From NCBI GenBank assembly GCA_963713825.1, contig CAVQNG010000014.1, positions 283,596 through 347,595 of the forward strand: a stretch of 64,000 nt of DNA, read 5' to 3'. Every line of letters begins with the position of its first letter. Position 1 is the stretch's first letter. This DNA comes from an uncultured Acidobacteriota bacterium. Lineage in GTDB: Bacteria > Acidobacteriota > Thermoanaerobaculia > Multivoradales > JAHEKO01. The notes beneath the pieces were generated by a model that was given only the letters and a program-made list of their open reading frames with translations, was not told where the DNA came from and did no database searches. The position numbers and the translations under genes were made by a program. This document shows positions 1 through 9,366 of the stretch, piece by piece.

Positions 1-467
1 ATCGCCACCGGTGACTGATTGAGGGCTGCCTGTAGGAGCAGCTCCCGTTCTCGCATGTCGCGTCGCTCGCTTTGCAGAATGGTCCCGACCTCGTTGTAGA
101 GCTGAGCGATCTGTCCGAATTCGTCAGAGCGACGGCTTTGGAGTCGGACACTGAAGTCTCGATCCCGGAAGCTCCGGATCCCGTCGGAGAGGTCCTCGAG
201 GATCCCTTCGATGGGGCGCAAGAGGCGGGTGATGAGCCATGCACCGACAGGGAAGGCGACCAGGAGCACCAACAGGAAAATACTCCAGGGGCCCAAGCCA
301 GATTTCGTTCCCAAGGCGGCGAGCGCCGCCATCATGACGAGAATTGCGAGAAATCCGGCCGTAACCCTACCGGCGAACGAGACTCTCGGTCGGGCGTAGG
401 AAACCTCGGGCCGTTCGACAAGGGGAATCGCGGTTCGTCGTGCTGGAGGGTCTGGATCAGAGCTCAT
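1..467 (-). CDS. Sensor histidine kinase, N-terminal part (2 TM + HAMP, start of PAS); runs off the window start
   Basis: Not in the ORF track. Translated by hand from ATG at 467: MSSDPDPP...FLAILVMMAALAAL...IFLLVLLVAFPVGAWLITRLLRPIEGILEDLSDGIRSFRDRDFSVRL...DEFGQIAQLYNEV...LNQSPVA. It overlaps the stop of the NtrC-type regulator. The kinase domain itself lies outside the window. Confidence 0.8.
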   Translation of the reverse strand, partial: MSSDPDPPARRTAIPLVERPEVSYARPRVSFAGRVTAGFLAILVMMAALAALGTKSGLGPWSIFLLVLLVAFPVGAWLITRLLRPIEGILEDLSDGIRSFRDRDFSVRLQSRRSDEFGQIAQLYNEVGTILQSERRDMRERELLLQAALNQSPVA

Positions 468-1887
468 CGGGGCCGCCTTTGGCTCGGCGCTCGAGCTCGA
501 TTCCGAGTCGTTCCATCTTCCGATAGAGCGCTTGACGGGAGATTCCCAGGAGACTGGCAGCATGTGCGACGACACCTTGCGCCTTGGAGAGAGCTCGAAG
601 GACCTGCTTGTGCTCGGCGATGTCTTCGGCCCTTACCGTCTTCGACGAGGCGTCCGGTGGCGGCAGCTCCTCTTCGTTGACGAGTCCGAGATCGATCGCA
701 GTGATCTCTGCGCCTGGCGCCACGAGGGTGGCTCGGTGGACTCGATTCTCGAGCTCCCGAACGTTGCCGGGCCAATCGTGCTCCACGAGGGCGATTCTTG
801 CCCTCTCACTGAAATCGGTGGCTCGGGATCCTCCCCCGTCGGCAAGCTTCTTCAGGAAGAACTCGGCCAAGGGAAGAATGTCGTCGCATCTCTCCTGGAG
901 GCCAGGAACCTCGAGCTCGACGACATTGAGTCGAAAGAACAGGTCCTCGCGAAAGGAGCCCGACGCGATGGCTGCGGTCAAATTGGCATTGGTGGCACTC
1001 AGCACCCGAACATCGGAGTGTAGTGTTCGACTACTGCCCAACCGCTGGAAGTCGCCACTTTGCAGGATGCGTAGCAGCTTGACCTGTCCGCTCAAAGAGA
1101 GGGCATCGATCTCATCCAGGAACAGTGTCCCTCCGGCGGCCGACTCGAAGTGGCCGATGCGGCGTTTCTCGAGTCCGGTATAGGCCCCTACCTCGGCCCC
1201 GAAGAGCTCGCTCTCCATCAGCTCTTCCGGAATCGCTCCCACGTTGACCCGGATGAAAGGCCCCTGACTGCGGCGTGAGTTTGCCTGGACGATCTCGGCC
1301 AGCCTCTCCTTCCCGGAGCCGCTGGGGCCGGTGATCAACACGGGGGCGTCCGATCCGGCGATGCTCACGGCCAGCGAAATCGTGCGGTGAAGAGCCTCGC
1401 TCTCGTAGACGATGCCGCAGAGATCGTACTGGTCGGCCAGGCTTCGTCGTGTGGCGCGAACTTCGGCCTTCAACTGGTCGTTCTCGAGCTGCAGGGCCCT
1501 CAGTTGGAGGAGGTTACGCACCGCGGCCAGCAGCTTGTCGTCGTCCCATGGCTTTTCGATGTAGTCGCTGGCACCCTCCTTGACCAGCTGAACGGCGGTC
1601 TCGAGGGAGGCCCAGGCCGTCATCAGGAGAATGGGAACATCTGCCTGGGTTCGTCGGAGGGCGCGAAAGAGGTCGATCCCCTGTTCACCCGATGTCTGGC
1701 TGCGACCGAAGTTCATGTCCTGGAGGACCGCTCCAAGGGTTTGGCTTCGGGCGATCCGCAGCGCCTCCTCAGGCGACGACGCTTTCAGATTAGCGATGTC
1801 GTGCAGGTCCAGGAGGACTTCAAGCGCTTTGACGACCGCAGGTTGGTCGTCGACAATCAGAATGGGTAGGGGAGAGACGTCGCTCAC
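457..1887 (-). CDS. Sigma54-dependent response regulator (REC-AAA+-HTH, NtrC family)
   Basis: Receiver ILIVDD..QDMN..KPW, Walker A GPSGSGKE, ESELFG, GAYTG (GAFTGA variant), LFLDEI, WPGNVRELEN, C-terminal Fis-type HTH. Confidence 0.95.
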   Translation of the reverse strand: MSDVSPLPILIVDDQPAVVKALEVLLDLHDIANLKASSPEEALRIARSQTLGAVLQDMNFGRSQTSGEQGIDLFRALRRTQADVPILLMTAWASLETAVQLVKEGASDYIEKPWDDDKLLAAVRNLLQLRALQLENDQLKAEVRATRRSLADQYDLCGIVYESEALHRTISLAVSIAGSDAPVLITGPSGSGKERLAEIVQANSRRSQGPFIRVNVGAIPEELMESELFGAEVGAYTGLEKRRIGHFESAAGGTLFLDEIDALSLSGQVKLLRILQSGDFQRLGSSRTLHSDVRVLSATNANLTAAIASGSFREDLFFRLNVVELEVPGLQERCDDILPLAEFFLKKLADGGGSRATDFSERARIALVEHDWPGNVRELENRVHRATLVAPGAEITAIDLGLVNEEELPPPDASSKTVRAEDIAEHKQVLRALSKAQGVVAHAASLLGISRQALYRKMERLGIELERRAKGGPDEL

Positions 1888-1893
1888 GAGCTG

Positions 1894-1899
1894 ATTCTA
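1894..1899 (-). promoter_or_regulatory. Putative -10 box (TAGAAT) 6 nt before the GTG start; leaderless-type promoter
   Basis: Minus strand reads TAGAAT-cagctc-GTG, with no SD between. Confidence 0.45.
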
Positions 1900-2025
1900 G
1901 CCTCACGTCGATGATGGTCTACCGGTGGTTGCCTTGCAGCCTTCCTCCTGGTGTGAGAGCTCTCGTCTCGAGTCCTCCGGTTCCCTGCTGAACCGGTACG
2001 GGAGAGGTTCCTGTTGGTTGCAGGT

Positions 2026-3249
2026 TCACACTGTGCGTGTCGCAATCTCGGGAGCCACCTTGGAGGCTCGGATCGCCGGCAACAGTGCGGCGACGATACC
2101 AGTGATCCAGAGAGCAATCGGCCCACCAGCGAGCAGATACCAGTCCATCTTGGGAGCGTCAGCGGCGTTCGTCAAAGCGACATTCAATCCGATGGTCAGG
2201 GCAAGGCCCAAGGCGAGACCGAAGCCGGTGATCATCCAATTCTCGACGAGGAAATGTCTCACGATATCGACTCGTGTCGCACCGAGAGCTCTCCGTGTGC
2301 CGATCTGTCGCATTCTTTCGGTGACGGAGAACGAGGTCAGACCGATGATTCCAATCGAGGTCACCGCAACCAGAAGGATGATGACCACGGTGAGGATTTT
2401 GATGAGTGCGAGGTTCATGACGAAGACTCGTCGTTTCACCTCTTGCATTGTCCGAATGGTAATGACGCGGCCGGGCTCGGTACGTCGCATGAGGTCCTCG
2501 AGCTCCGAATATACGGAGTCCGCGGCTCCAGGATCGGCCCTCACGATGTATCTCATTCGGTACTCGTTGCCCGGCTTGCCAGGTAGGAGCATGGTGTCAT
2601 CGCCATACCGTGAAGTGGGCCAGGAGTTGAGCAGGGTGCCGACGACACCAACCACAGTCTCGCCGCGGTCGCCACTGTCGTTTTGAATGACCTTGCCGAC
2701 TGCGCTCTCGTCAGGGAAGAGCTTCTGAGCCAGTGAGCGGTTCAGGATGACGGAACGCACCGGCTCGCCGTTCTGGTAGGCGTCTTGGTCGTAGTCGAAG
2801 TCGGCTGCCGTGAAATCTCTACCCTCGATGAGCTCTACATCGAGCGTTTGAATCGCCCTCTCCGTGACAACGAACATTGGCGCCACCGTCGTGTCTAACT
2901 CCGATCCTGCTGGCCGACGGTTCGTGGCGCTTCCCGAGCCACTCAAGGGGATCTGATGAAACCCTGCGGCCTCGACAACCCCCGGATACGAGCGCAGCCT
3001 GAGCAAGTCTTCAGCGCGTAGGGAGTCGACAAACTCCTCTTCCTTGAACTCGGGTGCGAAGGGCTCGGTGGCAACGACGAGAAGGTGGTCCTCGCTCATC
3101 CCCGAGGGCTTGAGGAACTCGGACCGCATGTCGAGCATGATGTTGATGCAGTTGGTGACGATGGCCAGGGTAAGGGCCACCTCTAGTGCGATCAGCCAGA
3201 AGCGGGACTTGTTGTGCATCAGGGCGCGAAAGATGGGGCCTAATTCCAT
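2026..3249 (-). CDS. ABC transporter permease, FtsX/MacB family
   Basis: N-terminal TM, periplasmic domain with GRDF and ILNRSLA, then SVTERMRQIGTRRALGA and C-terminal TMs. Confidence 0.92.
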   Translation of the reverse strand: MELGPIFRALMHNKSRFWLIALEVALTLAIVTNCINIMLDMRSEFLKPSGMSEDHLLVVATEPFAPEFKEEEFVDSLRAEDLLRLRSYPGVVEAAGFHQIPLSGSGSATNRRPAGSELDTTVAPMFVVTERAIQTLDVELIEGRDFTAADFDYDQDAYQNGEPVRSVILNRSLAQKLFPDESAVGKVIQNDSGDRGETVVGVVGTLLNSWPTSRYGDDTMLLPGKPGNEYRMRYIVRADPGAADSVYSELEDLMRRTEPGRVITIRTMQEVKRRVFVMNLALIKILTVVIILLVAVTSIGIIGLTSFSVTERMRQIGTRRALGATRVDIVRHFLVENWMITGFGLALGLALTIGLNVALTNAADAPKMDWYLLAGGPIALWITGIVAALLPAIRASKVAPEIATRTV

Positions 3250-3265
3250 GGTGCGGTCCTTTCTT

Positions 3266-4579
3266 CTATTGCAGCTTCAGGTATGTGGCAGGAGCCACAC
3301 GGCAGATGCGCCATGCGGGGTACAACCCGGCAACCAGCCCAGCGAACAGCGACAGCATGAAGGCCGCGAAAACCATTGTCAGATCGAGATGAAAGGCGAG
3401 GCGGTTGTCGAACAGGCGGTTGATGAGCTCCAAAGCCAGCCACGAGAGACCAAGTCCGAGAACACCTCCAAGGAGGCCAACCACCTCACACTCGACGATG
3501 TGTTGCAGGAAGACCGACAGCCGACTGGCGCCCAGTGCTCGACGAACGCCCACCTCCGGGGCTCGCCCCAGGAACTTCCCCAGTAGTATTCCGATGAGGT
3601 TCACAGAACAGACGATGAGAAACAGGATGGAGATGATGAGTAGCATCTTGGCTTCGTCTTGGACGACCTCTTCCGTCACCATATAGTCGGTGACGGAGAG
3701 CAGCACGTTGTTGACGGGTCTGCCGTGGCGCCCCAACTTCTTTTGCTCCTGGGCATAGGCATCCAGAAAGGCCAGATACTCTTCCTTTTGCCGGCGGGAA
3801 TTCAGTTCAACCCACATCTGAATCCAGACGGACTCCGACTCCAGAAAGTCCTGGTAGGTGTTTTGAGCGTAGGTCTTCCAGTTCGAATCGTTGCCGGAGC
3901 TGGCGATTTCCATCGACTCGAGAAAGTTGAAGGGGATGAAGATCTCTTCTGGTTCCCCGAACGGGTTGTTGTTGAGATCGTAGAACTTGACGTCGGGTCG
4001 CCAATCCCCGATGACGCCGACGACCGTGAACTCCTGGTTGTTGATTCGAATCCTCTGCCCGACGCTGTCCTCACCACCGAACAGTCGACGGTTGGTCTCA
4101 GCGCTGAGGACCACGACCGGTTCGAGGTCCTCATCGACGCTCGGTCCCCACGGACCTCCGAATTCGAAAGGGACCTCGAACATTGGAAAGAAGCCAGAGA
4201 AACAGAGCCGAGAGCTCGCCCGGTAGGGTTTGTCGTCGGCTCCTTCTGGCTGCACAGTCAGAGAGGACTTGAACATGCCGCTCTGGTAGGTGGGGATGTT
4301 GCTCTCCATGATGCTGCGCATGTCGCGATAGGAGACCTGGTTGGGTGGGCGGTCCGGATGGAACTCGTCGAAGGGGTCGTCAGGGTCCCAGGTGTCGATT
4401 TCCACATAGAAGAGTTGGTCGCTTTTTTCCGGGATCGGGTCTCCCGCCATGAGGTAGTAGGTAGTGATAAAGGCACTCGAGACTGCAATGCCGAGCCCGA
4501 TTGCACAGACCATGAGCGTGGATAGTGCCGGATTGCGACGCAGGCTCTTGAGGGCTAGTTTGATCTGGTAAGCGAGCAT
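3266..4579 (-). CDS. ABC transporter permease, FtsX/MacB family
   Basis: LKSLRRNP start, RAPEVGVRRALGA, GLYPAWR at the C-terminus. Confidence 0.92.
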   Translation of the reverse strand: MLAYQIKLALKSLRRNPALSTLMVCAIGLGIAVSSAFITTYYLMAGDPIPEKSDQLFYVEIDTWDPDDPFDEFHPDRPPNQVSYRDMRSIMESNIPTYQSGMFKSSLTVQPEGADDKPYRASSRLCFSGFFPMFEVPFEFGGPWGPSVDEDLEPVVVLSAETNRRLFGGEDSVGQRIRINNQEFTVVGVIGDWRPDVKFYDLNNNPFGEPEEIFIPFNFLESMEIASSGNDSNWKTYAQNTYQDFLESESVWIQMWVELNSRRQKEEYLAFLDAYAQEQKKLGRHGRPVNNVLLSVTDYMVTEEVVQDEAKMLLIISILFLIVCSVNLIGILLGKFLGRAPEVGVRRALGASRLSVFLQHIVECEVVGLLGGVLGLGLSWLALELINRLFDNRLAFHLDLTMVFAAFMLSLFAGLVAGLYPAWRICRVAPATYLKLQ

Positions 4580-4597
4580 GGTGCGTTCTCCCAGTGG

Positions 4598-5326
4598 CTA
4601 GAAGTTGGCGGCTTCCTGGCTTTCGGCTGGTGTGTAGAGGGGGGTGTGCTGCTCATGCGAATCGATGTCGATGAGCTTGCCGTCCAACAAGTAGATCTGT
4701 CGCTGAGTGCGGTTTGCCAGTTCCGCGTCGTGAGTGACGATCACCACGGTGGTGCCGAGATCATTGATCTTCTCCAGCATGTCCATGATCTCGTTGGCCA
4801 TGGCCGAATCCAGATTTCCCGTCGGCTCATCGGCCAGTATGAGATTGGGGGTGCCTACGAGAGCGCGGGCTACGGCAACCCTTTGCTGCTGCCCACCCGA
4901 GAGCTGAGAGGGGTGGTGGTGGATTCTCGAGCTGAGACCGACGATATCGAGTGCCTGCTCGATAGCCTGGCGCCGTTGCTTCGAGGCCATGCCGCGATAG
5001 CGCAGGGGTACGTCGACGTTGTCGAAAACATCGAGATCAGGAATGAGATTGAAGCCCTGGAAGATGAAGCCGATCTGGCTGTTTCGAATGCGGGACATCT
5101 CCCGATCGGCGAGACGACTGACATCCTCGCCGCCCAGTAGATAGGTGCCCTGATCGAAAGTGTCGAGGAGACCTGCGATGTTCAGGAAGGTTGTTTTTCC
5201 CGAGCCGGACGGACCCATGACGGAAACGAACTCCCCGGACTCGATCTTGAGGCTGAATTCGCTCAGGGCGTGAGTCTCTACGTGCGCTGTGCGGTAGATC
5301 TTCTGAATGGACTGCATATCAATCAT
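4598..5326 (-). CDS. ABC transporter ATP-binding protein (LolD/MacB type)
   Basis: GPSGSGKT, LSGGQQQRVAVARA, ADEPTGNLD, VTHD; start moved to ATG 5326 (MIDMQSIQK) behind a GGGAGA RBS. Confidence 0.95.
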   Translation of the reverse strand: MIDMQSIQKIYRTAHVETHALSEFSLKIESGEFVSVMGPSGSGKTTFLNIAGLLDTFDQGTYLLGGEDVSRLADREMSRIRNSQIGFIFQGFNLIPDLDVFDNVDVPLRYRGMASKQRRQAIEQALDIVGLSSRIHHHPSQLSGGQQQRVAVARALVGTPNLILADEPTGNLDSAMANEIMDMLEKINDLGTTVVIVTHDAELANRTQRQIYLLDGKLIDIDSHEQHTPLYTPAESQEAANF

Positions 5327-5363
5327 GTCGGTTCTCCCTCGAATAGGGTGGAGTGCTTCGGCC

Positions 5364-6638
5364 TCAGCGCCGCAGGAGTACCCTCTTGGCGCCCTCGAAC
5401 CGGGCAGTGTCGGAAATGATGAGCTGTTCTCCCAGCTCGAGTCCTGAGGAGATCTGAACCTCCGCCAGGCTGACGGCACCAACCTGGATGGGGCGAAGCA
5501 CAGCGATCCCATCCTCGATCACGTAGGCTTGACGACCTCCCCCTGCCTCCAGGAAGGGCCCTCTTGGCACCTTGAGCACGTCGATCTGTGTGTCCATGAG
5601 CAGTCTTGCCTGGACTCGTTGGTTCTGCTTCAGCCCGGTCGGAGGAGCTGCATCGAATGCGACACGTCCTCGAACTCGGCTGCCCTCGACTTCGGGCGAG
5701 ATGCTGGCTACGCTGCCAAGGAAGGTCTCTCCTTCATAAGTAACTTCTGCATCTGTACCTATGACGATCTCGTCGGCGAAGCTCTCTGGCACTTGAATCT
5801 CGATCTCCAGTACCGAAAGGTCGACCACGGTAACCAGGCCCTGCCCTGGCGAGACCGCATCGTGGTCCCCGATCAGGAGGCGCGACAGGAGGCCGGATAC
5901 CGGTGAGCGGATGGTCAGCTCATCGACCTGTCTCTCGAGCTCTTCCACCAAGAGACGCTGCCGCTCGACTTGCGATTCTCGGTTCTGCAGCTCGAAAGAG
6001 AGTGAGTCGGATTCGAAAATGGCCTGTTGGCGGGATACTTCCAACTTCAGCTCGGCAACCTTGACATCGTCCTGGGCCTTCTCGTACTCGACCGCGTTGA
6101 GAAGTCCCTCTTGGCGGGTGCGCTCGGCACGGTCCATGGCCCGCCTAGCCGCTTCGAGCTCGACCTCGAGGAGACCGATGCTCTGGCGATATCGAGCCCG
6201 AGACTGTTCAGCCAGGATGCGTTGCCGGTCGAGATCTGCCTGCAGCGAGAGGAGATTCGAGCCTTCCTGGCGAGCTCGGCTTTGGAGCTCGGGGCTCTGG
6301 ACGTGACCCAGAACCTGGCCTTGCTCGATAACCTGGCCGGCCGTGACTCGGAGGCGCGCGATGCCTTCGGTCTGAGCAAAAACAGTGGGATGAAATGCTG
6401 CGACGATCCGTCCCTCGACGGCGACATCGCGGACGAGATCGCCTCGAGTGACCGTGCCCATGCGCACACGAGCGATGTCGATCGAGGTCTCCGATTCGGC
6501 CCATCGGCGCCAGGATGGAAGAAAGAGAGCCACCAGCACGATGAGGAGGAGCGCGGCGGCACCCCAGATCAGTTGCTTTCGAATCTTGGCGCCCGCGTTC
6601 GACACCGGGCGATCCATGGATGAGTCGTCGCGAATCAT
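5364..6638 (-). CDS. Periplasmic adaptor / membrane fusion protein (MacA/HlyD-like)
   Basis: N-terminal TM, long coiled coil, lipoyl-like TIRSPVSG; first gene of the ABC operon; start set at ATG 6638. Confidence 0.9.
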   Translation of the reverse strand: MIRDDSSMDRPVSNAGAKIRKQLIWGAAALLLIVLVALFLPSWRRWAESETSIDIARVRMGTVTRGDLVRDVAVEGRIVAAFHPTVFAQTEGIARLRVTAGQVIEQGQVLGHVQSPELQSRARQEGSNLLSLQADLDRQRILAEQSRARYRQSIGLLEVELEAARRAMDRAERTRQEGLLNAVEYEKAQDDVKVAELKLEVSRQQAIFESDSLSFELQNRESQVERQRLLVEELERQVDELTIRSPVSGLLSRLLIGDHDAVSPGQGLVTVVDLSVLEIEIQVPESFADEIVIGTDAEVTYEGETFLGSVASISPEVEGSRVRGRVAFDAAPPTGLKQNQRVQARLLMDTQIDVLKVPRGPFLEAGGGRQAYVIEDGIAVLRPIQVGAVSLAEVQISSGLELGEQLIISDTARFEGAKRVLLRR

Positions 6639-6667
6639 GGTCTTGATCCTTTGTCGAGGGTCTCTCG

Positions 6668-6683
6668 AGCAAGGCCCGTGCCA
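6668..6683 (-). promoter_or_regulatory. Sigma54 (-24/-12) promoter of the ABC exporter operon
   Basis: Minus strand TGGCAC-GGGCC-TTGCT is an exact match to TGGCAC-N5-TTGC(A/T), 30 nt upstream of the start; a sigma54 activator is encoded just downstream of the operon. Confidence 0.85.
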
Positions 6684-6754
6684 GATGGAACTGGTGTGGA
6701 CAAGTCGTTGTCCACGAAACACTTATGGCCGTTCCTCGTAGGAAACGATCATGG

Positions 6755-6800
6755 ACTGGTTGTCAGGTGTCCGGTGGCAAGCGGACAGGTGTCAACCAGT
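6755..6800. promoter_or_regulatory. Putative enhancer (UAS) dyad for the NtrC-type activator
   Basis: Nested inverted repeat ACTGGTTG..TGTCCG-N8-CGGACA..CAACCAGT, 70-120 bp upstream of the sigma54 site; a second dyad GTGGACAA-N4-TTGTCCAC lies at 6696-6715. Confidence 0.6.
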
Positions 6801-6874
6801 CGAGCGGGTGAATCGGTTAGACTGCCGAGCGTCCACCAAGTGCTTCTAAATTTCGGTTCCAGGGGATTTTTCAA

Positions 6875-8212
6875 GTGAGAAGGACGAATCTTCACGAGCT
6901 CATTCGCCTGCCGGAGAGGCAAGCGGTGAAGCAGTATCTCGACGGGGGGAACTTCAATGTTCTCAAGCAGATGCTGTTGGCCTGGGGTACGGTGTTCATC
7001 ATTGGTGTGATCGTCTTGCTGAGCGAGAATCGCTTCGATCAGGCCGGAATTTGGGGCGGCGCCCTATTGGCGACCTTGAGTATCTATGTGGCCCGAAGAA
7101 CTCACTTTCTGCACGATAACTTGCGGCCGATCCTCGGGATCTATTTGGTCCTCGTGCTTCTGGTCTTCGCCCGAACGCTGGAGGAACCCGGTGCCGTGTA
7201 CGCCTTTGCCGGGTTTCTCTTTCCAAGTCTGCTCTTGGTGTTTCGCCTTCGCTGGTACGAGTACCTCGCACTGCTGAGCATCTTCTTGGCGACCACGATC
7301 TGGGTGGTGATCACCAGCGATTTGGCACCTCAGGCCGGCTCTCGTGTCGGCATGCTGATCGGTGCCCTGGCGTGGTCGAGTGCGGTCTTCGGCATGAGCC
7401 AGCGCTTCACCCGCCGCAGAGTCGAGCGGTTTATCAGGGACTGGCGGGCCGAGCTGCTGCGCGAGAGAGAGCAGTCACGCATGAGGGACGAGTTGAACTC
7501 GGCCCGCGAAATGCAGTTGAGTATGCTGCCGCGTCACGATCCGGACATGGAGTGGCTCGACTTTTCAGGCGTCTCTCTGCCGGCGTCGGAAGTGGGCGGC
7601 GACTATTTCGAGCATTTCAAGGTCACCGATTCCGTGCTGGCAGTGGTCATTGGCGATGTTGCAGGGCACGGCATGGCCAGTGGACTAGTCCTCTCCGGTG
7701 TCAGAAGTGGTCTCTACCTCTTGCGAGAGAATCTGATCTCACCCGTGGAGGTGCTAGAGCGCCTCAATCGCCTGGTTCGCGAAACGGCTCCCAGGCGGAT
7801 GTTCGTAACTCTGCAAATCGCTGTGCTGAACGCGAAGACCCGGCGGCTCACGGTTGCGAATGCGGGCCATCCTCCGTTGGTGCGTCTCGACGCTTCGACA
7901 GGCAAGGCTGGTCTTCTGGGGTCGAGTGGCCTTCCTTTGGGTACTCAGCTCGAGCCCGAATTCGCGGTCGTTGAGCAGTCGATGGAACCCGGTGATGTCC
8001 TGGTTTTTCATACGGACGGTGTTCTGGAGGTCCGCGACTTCCACGAAGAAGGCTTTGGGGAGGACCGGTTGCGGCGGGAAGTCGAGCGCACCGGTCGCCG
8101 AAACTCGGCGCGACAGATCCGAGACTCGATCCTGAACGAGGTTTCCAGGTTCAAGGGCGATGTGAGCCAATCCGACGACCTGACTCTGGTCGTGGCTCGT
8201 TTCACGCCGTGA
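6875..8212 (+). CDS. Membrane-anchored PP2C/SpoIIE (RsbU-like) serine phosphatase
   Basis: About 6 TM helices, then AREMQLSMLP, EVGGDYF, IGDVAGHG, NAGHPP, HTDGVLE, DDLTLVV. Confidence 0.92.
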   Translation: MRRTNLHELIRLPERQAVKQYLDGGNFNVLKQMLLAWGTVFIIGVIVLLSENRFDQAGIWGGALLATLSIYVARRTHFLHDNLRPILGIYLVLVLLVFARTLEEPGAVYAFAGFLFPSLLLVFRLRWYEYLALLSIFLATTIWVVITSDLAPQAGSRVGMLIGALAWSSAVFGMSQRFTRRRVERFIRDWRAELLREREQSRMRDELNSAREMQLSMLPRHDPDMEWLDFSGVSLPASEVGGDYFEHFKVTDSVLAVVIGDVAGHGMASGLVLSGVRSGLYLLRENLISPVEVLERLNRLVRETAPRRMFVTLQIAVLNAKTRRLTVANAGHPPLVRLDASTGKAGLLGSSGLPLGTQLEPEFAVVEQSMEPGDVLVFHTDGVLEVRDFHEEGFGEDRLRREVERTGRRNSARQIRDSILNEVSRFKGDVSQSDDLTLVVARFTP

Positions 8213-8292
8213 AACGACGGCAGGGGGTGCGCAGACCCTCCCAGGAGTGGCTCCGATGAGGACTGTGGTGACTGCATCAAGACTCTGGACTA

Positions 8293-8350
8293 TTGCGGGT
8301 TACCGTGCCTCTGACTAGGATGGGAAGATAGACGGGTAGAGGATCTACCC
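8293..8350 (+). promoter_or_regulatory. Sigma70-type promoter with a downstream palindromic operator for the peroxiredoxin operon
   Basis: TTGCGG(8293)-N17-TAGGAT(8316); perfect dyad GGGTAGA-gga-TCTACCC at 8334-8350. Confidence 0.55.
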
Positions 8351-8402
8351 CGCAAGCTCTGCCCCCGCTGATTTCTCGATGGATCGAAAGGAGAACAACC
8401 CA

Positions 8403-9080
8403 ATGGATGTCAACGATTTCGCGATCGCCACAGTAGCGCCTCGCCTGCCGAGAATTGGCGACGCGGCTCCCCAGTTCGAGGCTCCAACGACCCATGGCAC
8501 CTTGCGGCTGGAGGATTTCAAAGGCAGTTGGCTGGTGCTGTTTTCCCACCCGGCGGATTTCACTCCGGTCTGTACGACCGAGTTCATCGGATTTGCCAAG
8601 GCCCAAGGGGCTTTGCGGCAGCTCAACACGGAGTTGCTGGGCCTTTCTATCGATAGCGTCTACTCCCACATCTCGTGGGTGCGCAATGTCGAAGAGAAGA
8701 TGGGGATCAAGGTCGAGTTCCCGGTCATCGCTGATCTGAGCAAGGAAGTGGCAACTCTTTACGGCATGATCATGCCTGGAGAGAGCAAGACCGAGACCTC
8801 ACGCTGTGTCTTCGTCATCGATCCCGAGCAGATCTTGCGGGCCATGATCTATTACCCACTGACCACCGGCAGGAATATCGACGAAATCATTCGTCTCATC
8901 AAGGCCCTGCAGACCGCTGACGAGTATGGCGTCGCGACGCCAGCCAACTGGCAGCCTGGGGACAGAGTGATCATTCCGCCACCACAAACCCAGGAGGCGG
9001 CTGAAGAGAGAGTGCAGACAGAGGGGGTGGAGTGCAAGGACTGGTACTTTTGCACGAAGGAACTGCCGGAGGCCGGGTAG
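8403..9080 (+). CDS. Peroxiredoxin (Prx6 subfamily with C-terminal CxDWYFC)
   Basis: FSHPADFTPVCTTE, YYPLTTGRN, ATPANW, ECKDWYFCTK; AAGGAG RBS before ATG 8403. Confidence 0.93.
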   Translation: MDVNDFAIATVAPRLPRIGDAAPQFEAPTTHGTLRLEDFKGSWLVLFSHPADFTPVCTTEFIGFAKAQGALRQLNTELLGLSIDSVYSHISWVRNVEEKMGIKVEFPVIADLSKEVATLYGMIMPGESKTETSRCVFVIDPEQILRAMIYYPLTTGRNIDEIIRLIKALQTADEYGVATPANWQPGDRVIIPPPQTQEAAEERVQTEGVECKDWYFCTKELPEAG

Positions 9081-9310
9081 TGGCCTGTGTCAATTCAGAC
9101 GGGAGTCTCTCGAGCTCGGGGCTCGAGCTCCTGAAGCTGGCGACCGAGCCCGTGTCGCCAGATACGATCTCCAGGGAGTTGGGAATTCCTCTGTTCAAGG
9201 TGCGAGCCAGTCTGAGGGAAATGCTGGCAGCAGGTCTGGTCGTTGAGAAGCCAGCCGGTTACCAGACTACTGAGGACGGTCTTAACAAGGTCGGTACTGT
9301 GTTGGCCTGA
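9080..9310 (+). CDS. Small winged-helix protein translationally coupled to the peroxiredoxin
   Basis: The TAG of Prx overlaps the GTG start; MACVNSDGSL...ISRELGIPLFKVRASLREMLAAGLV..GYQTTEDG fits a wHTH pattern. Confidence 0.7.
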   Translation: MACVNSDGSLSSSGLELLKLATEPVSPDTISRELGIPLFKVRASLREMLAAGLVVEKPAGYQTTEDGLNKVGTVLA

Positions 9311-9366
9311 TAATAGAACTGCGTTCGACACGGATCGAAGGACGACAGGAGAGACTCTTCCATCAG

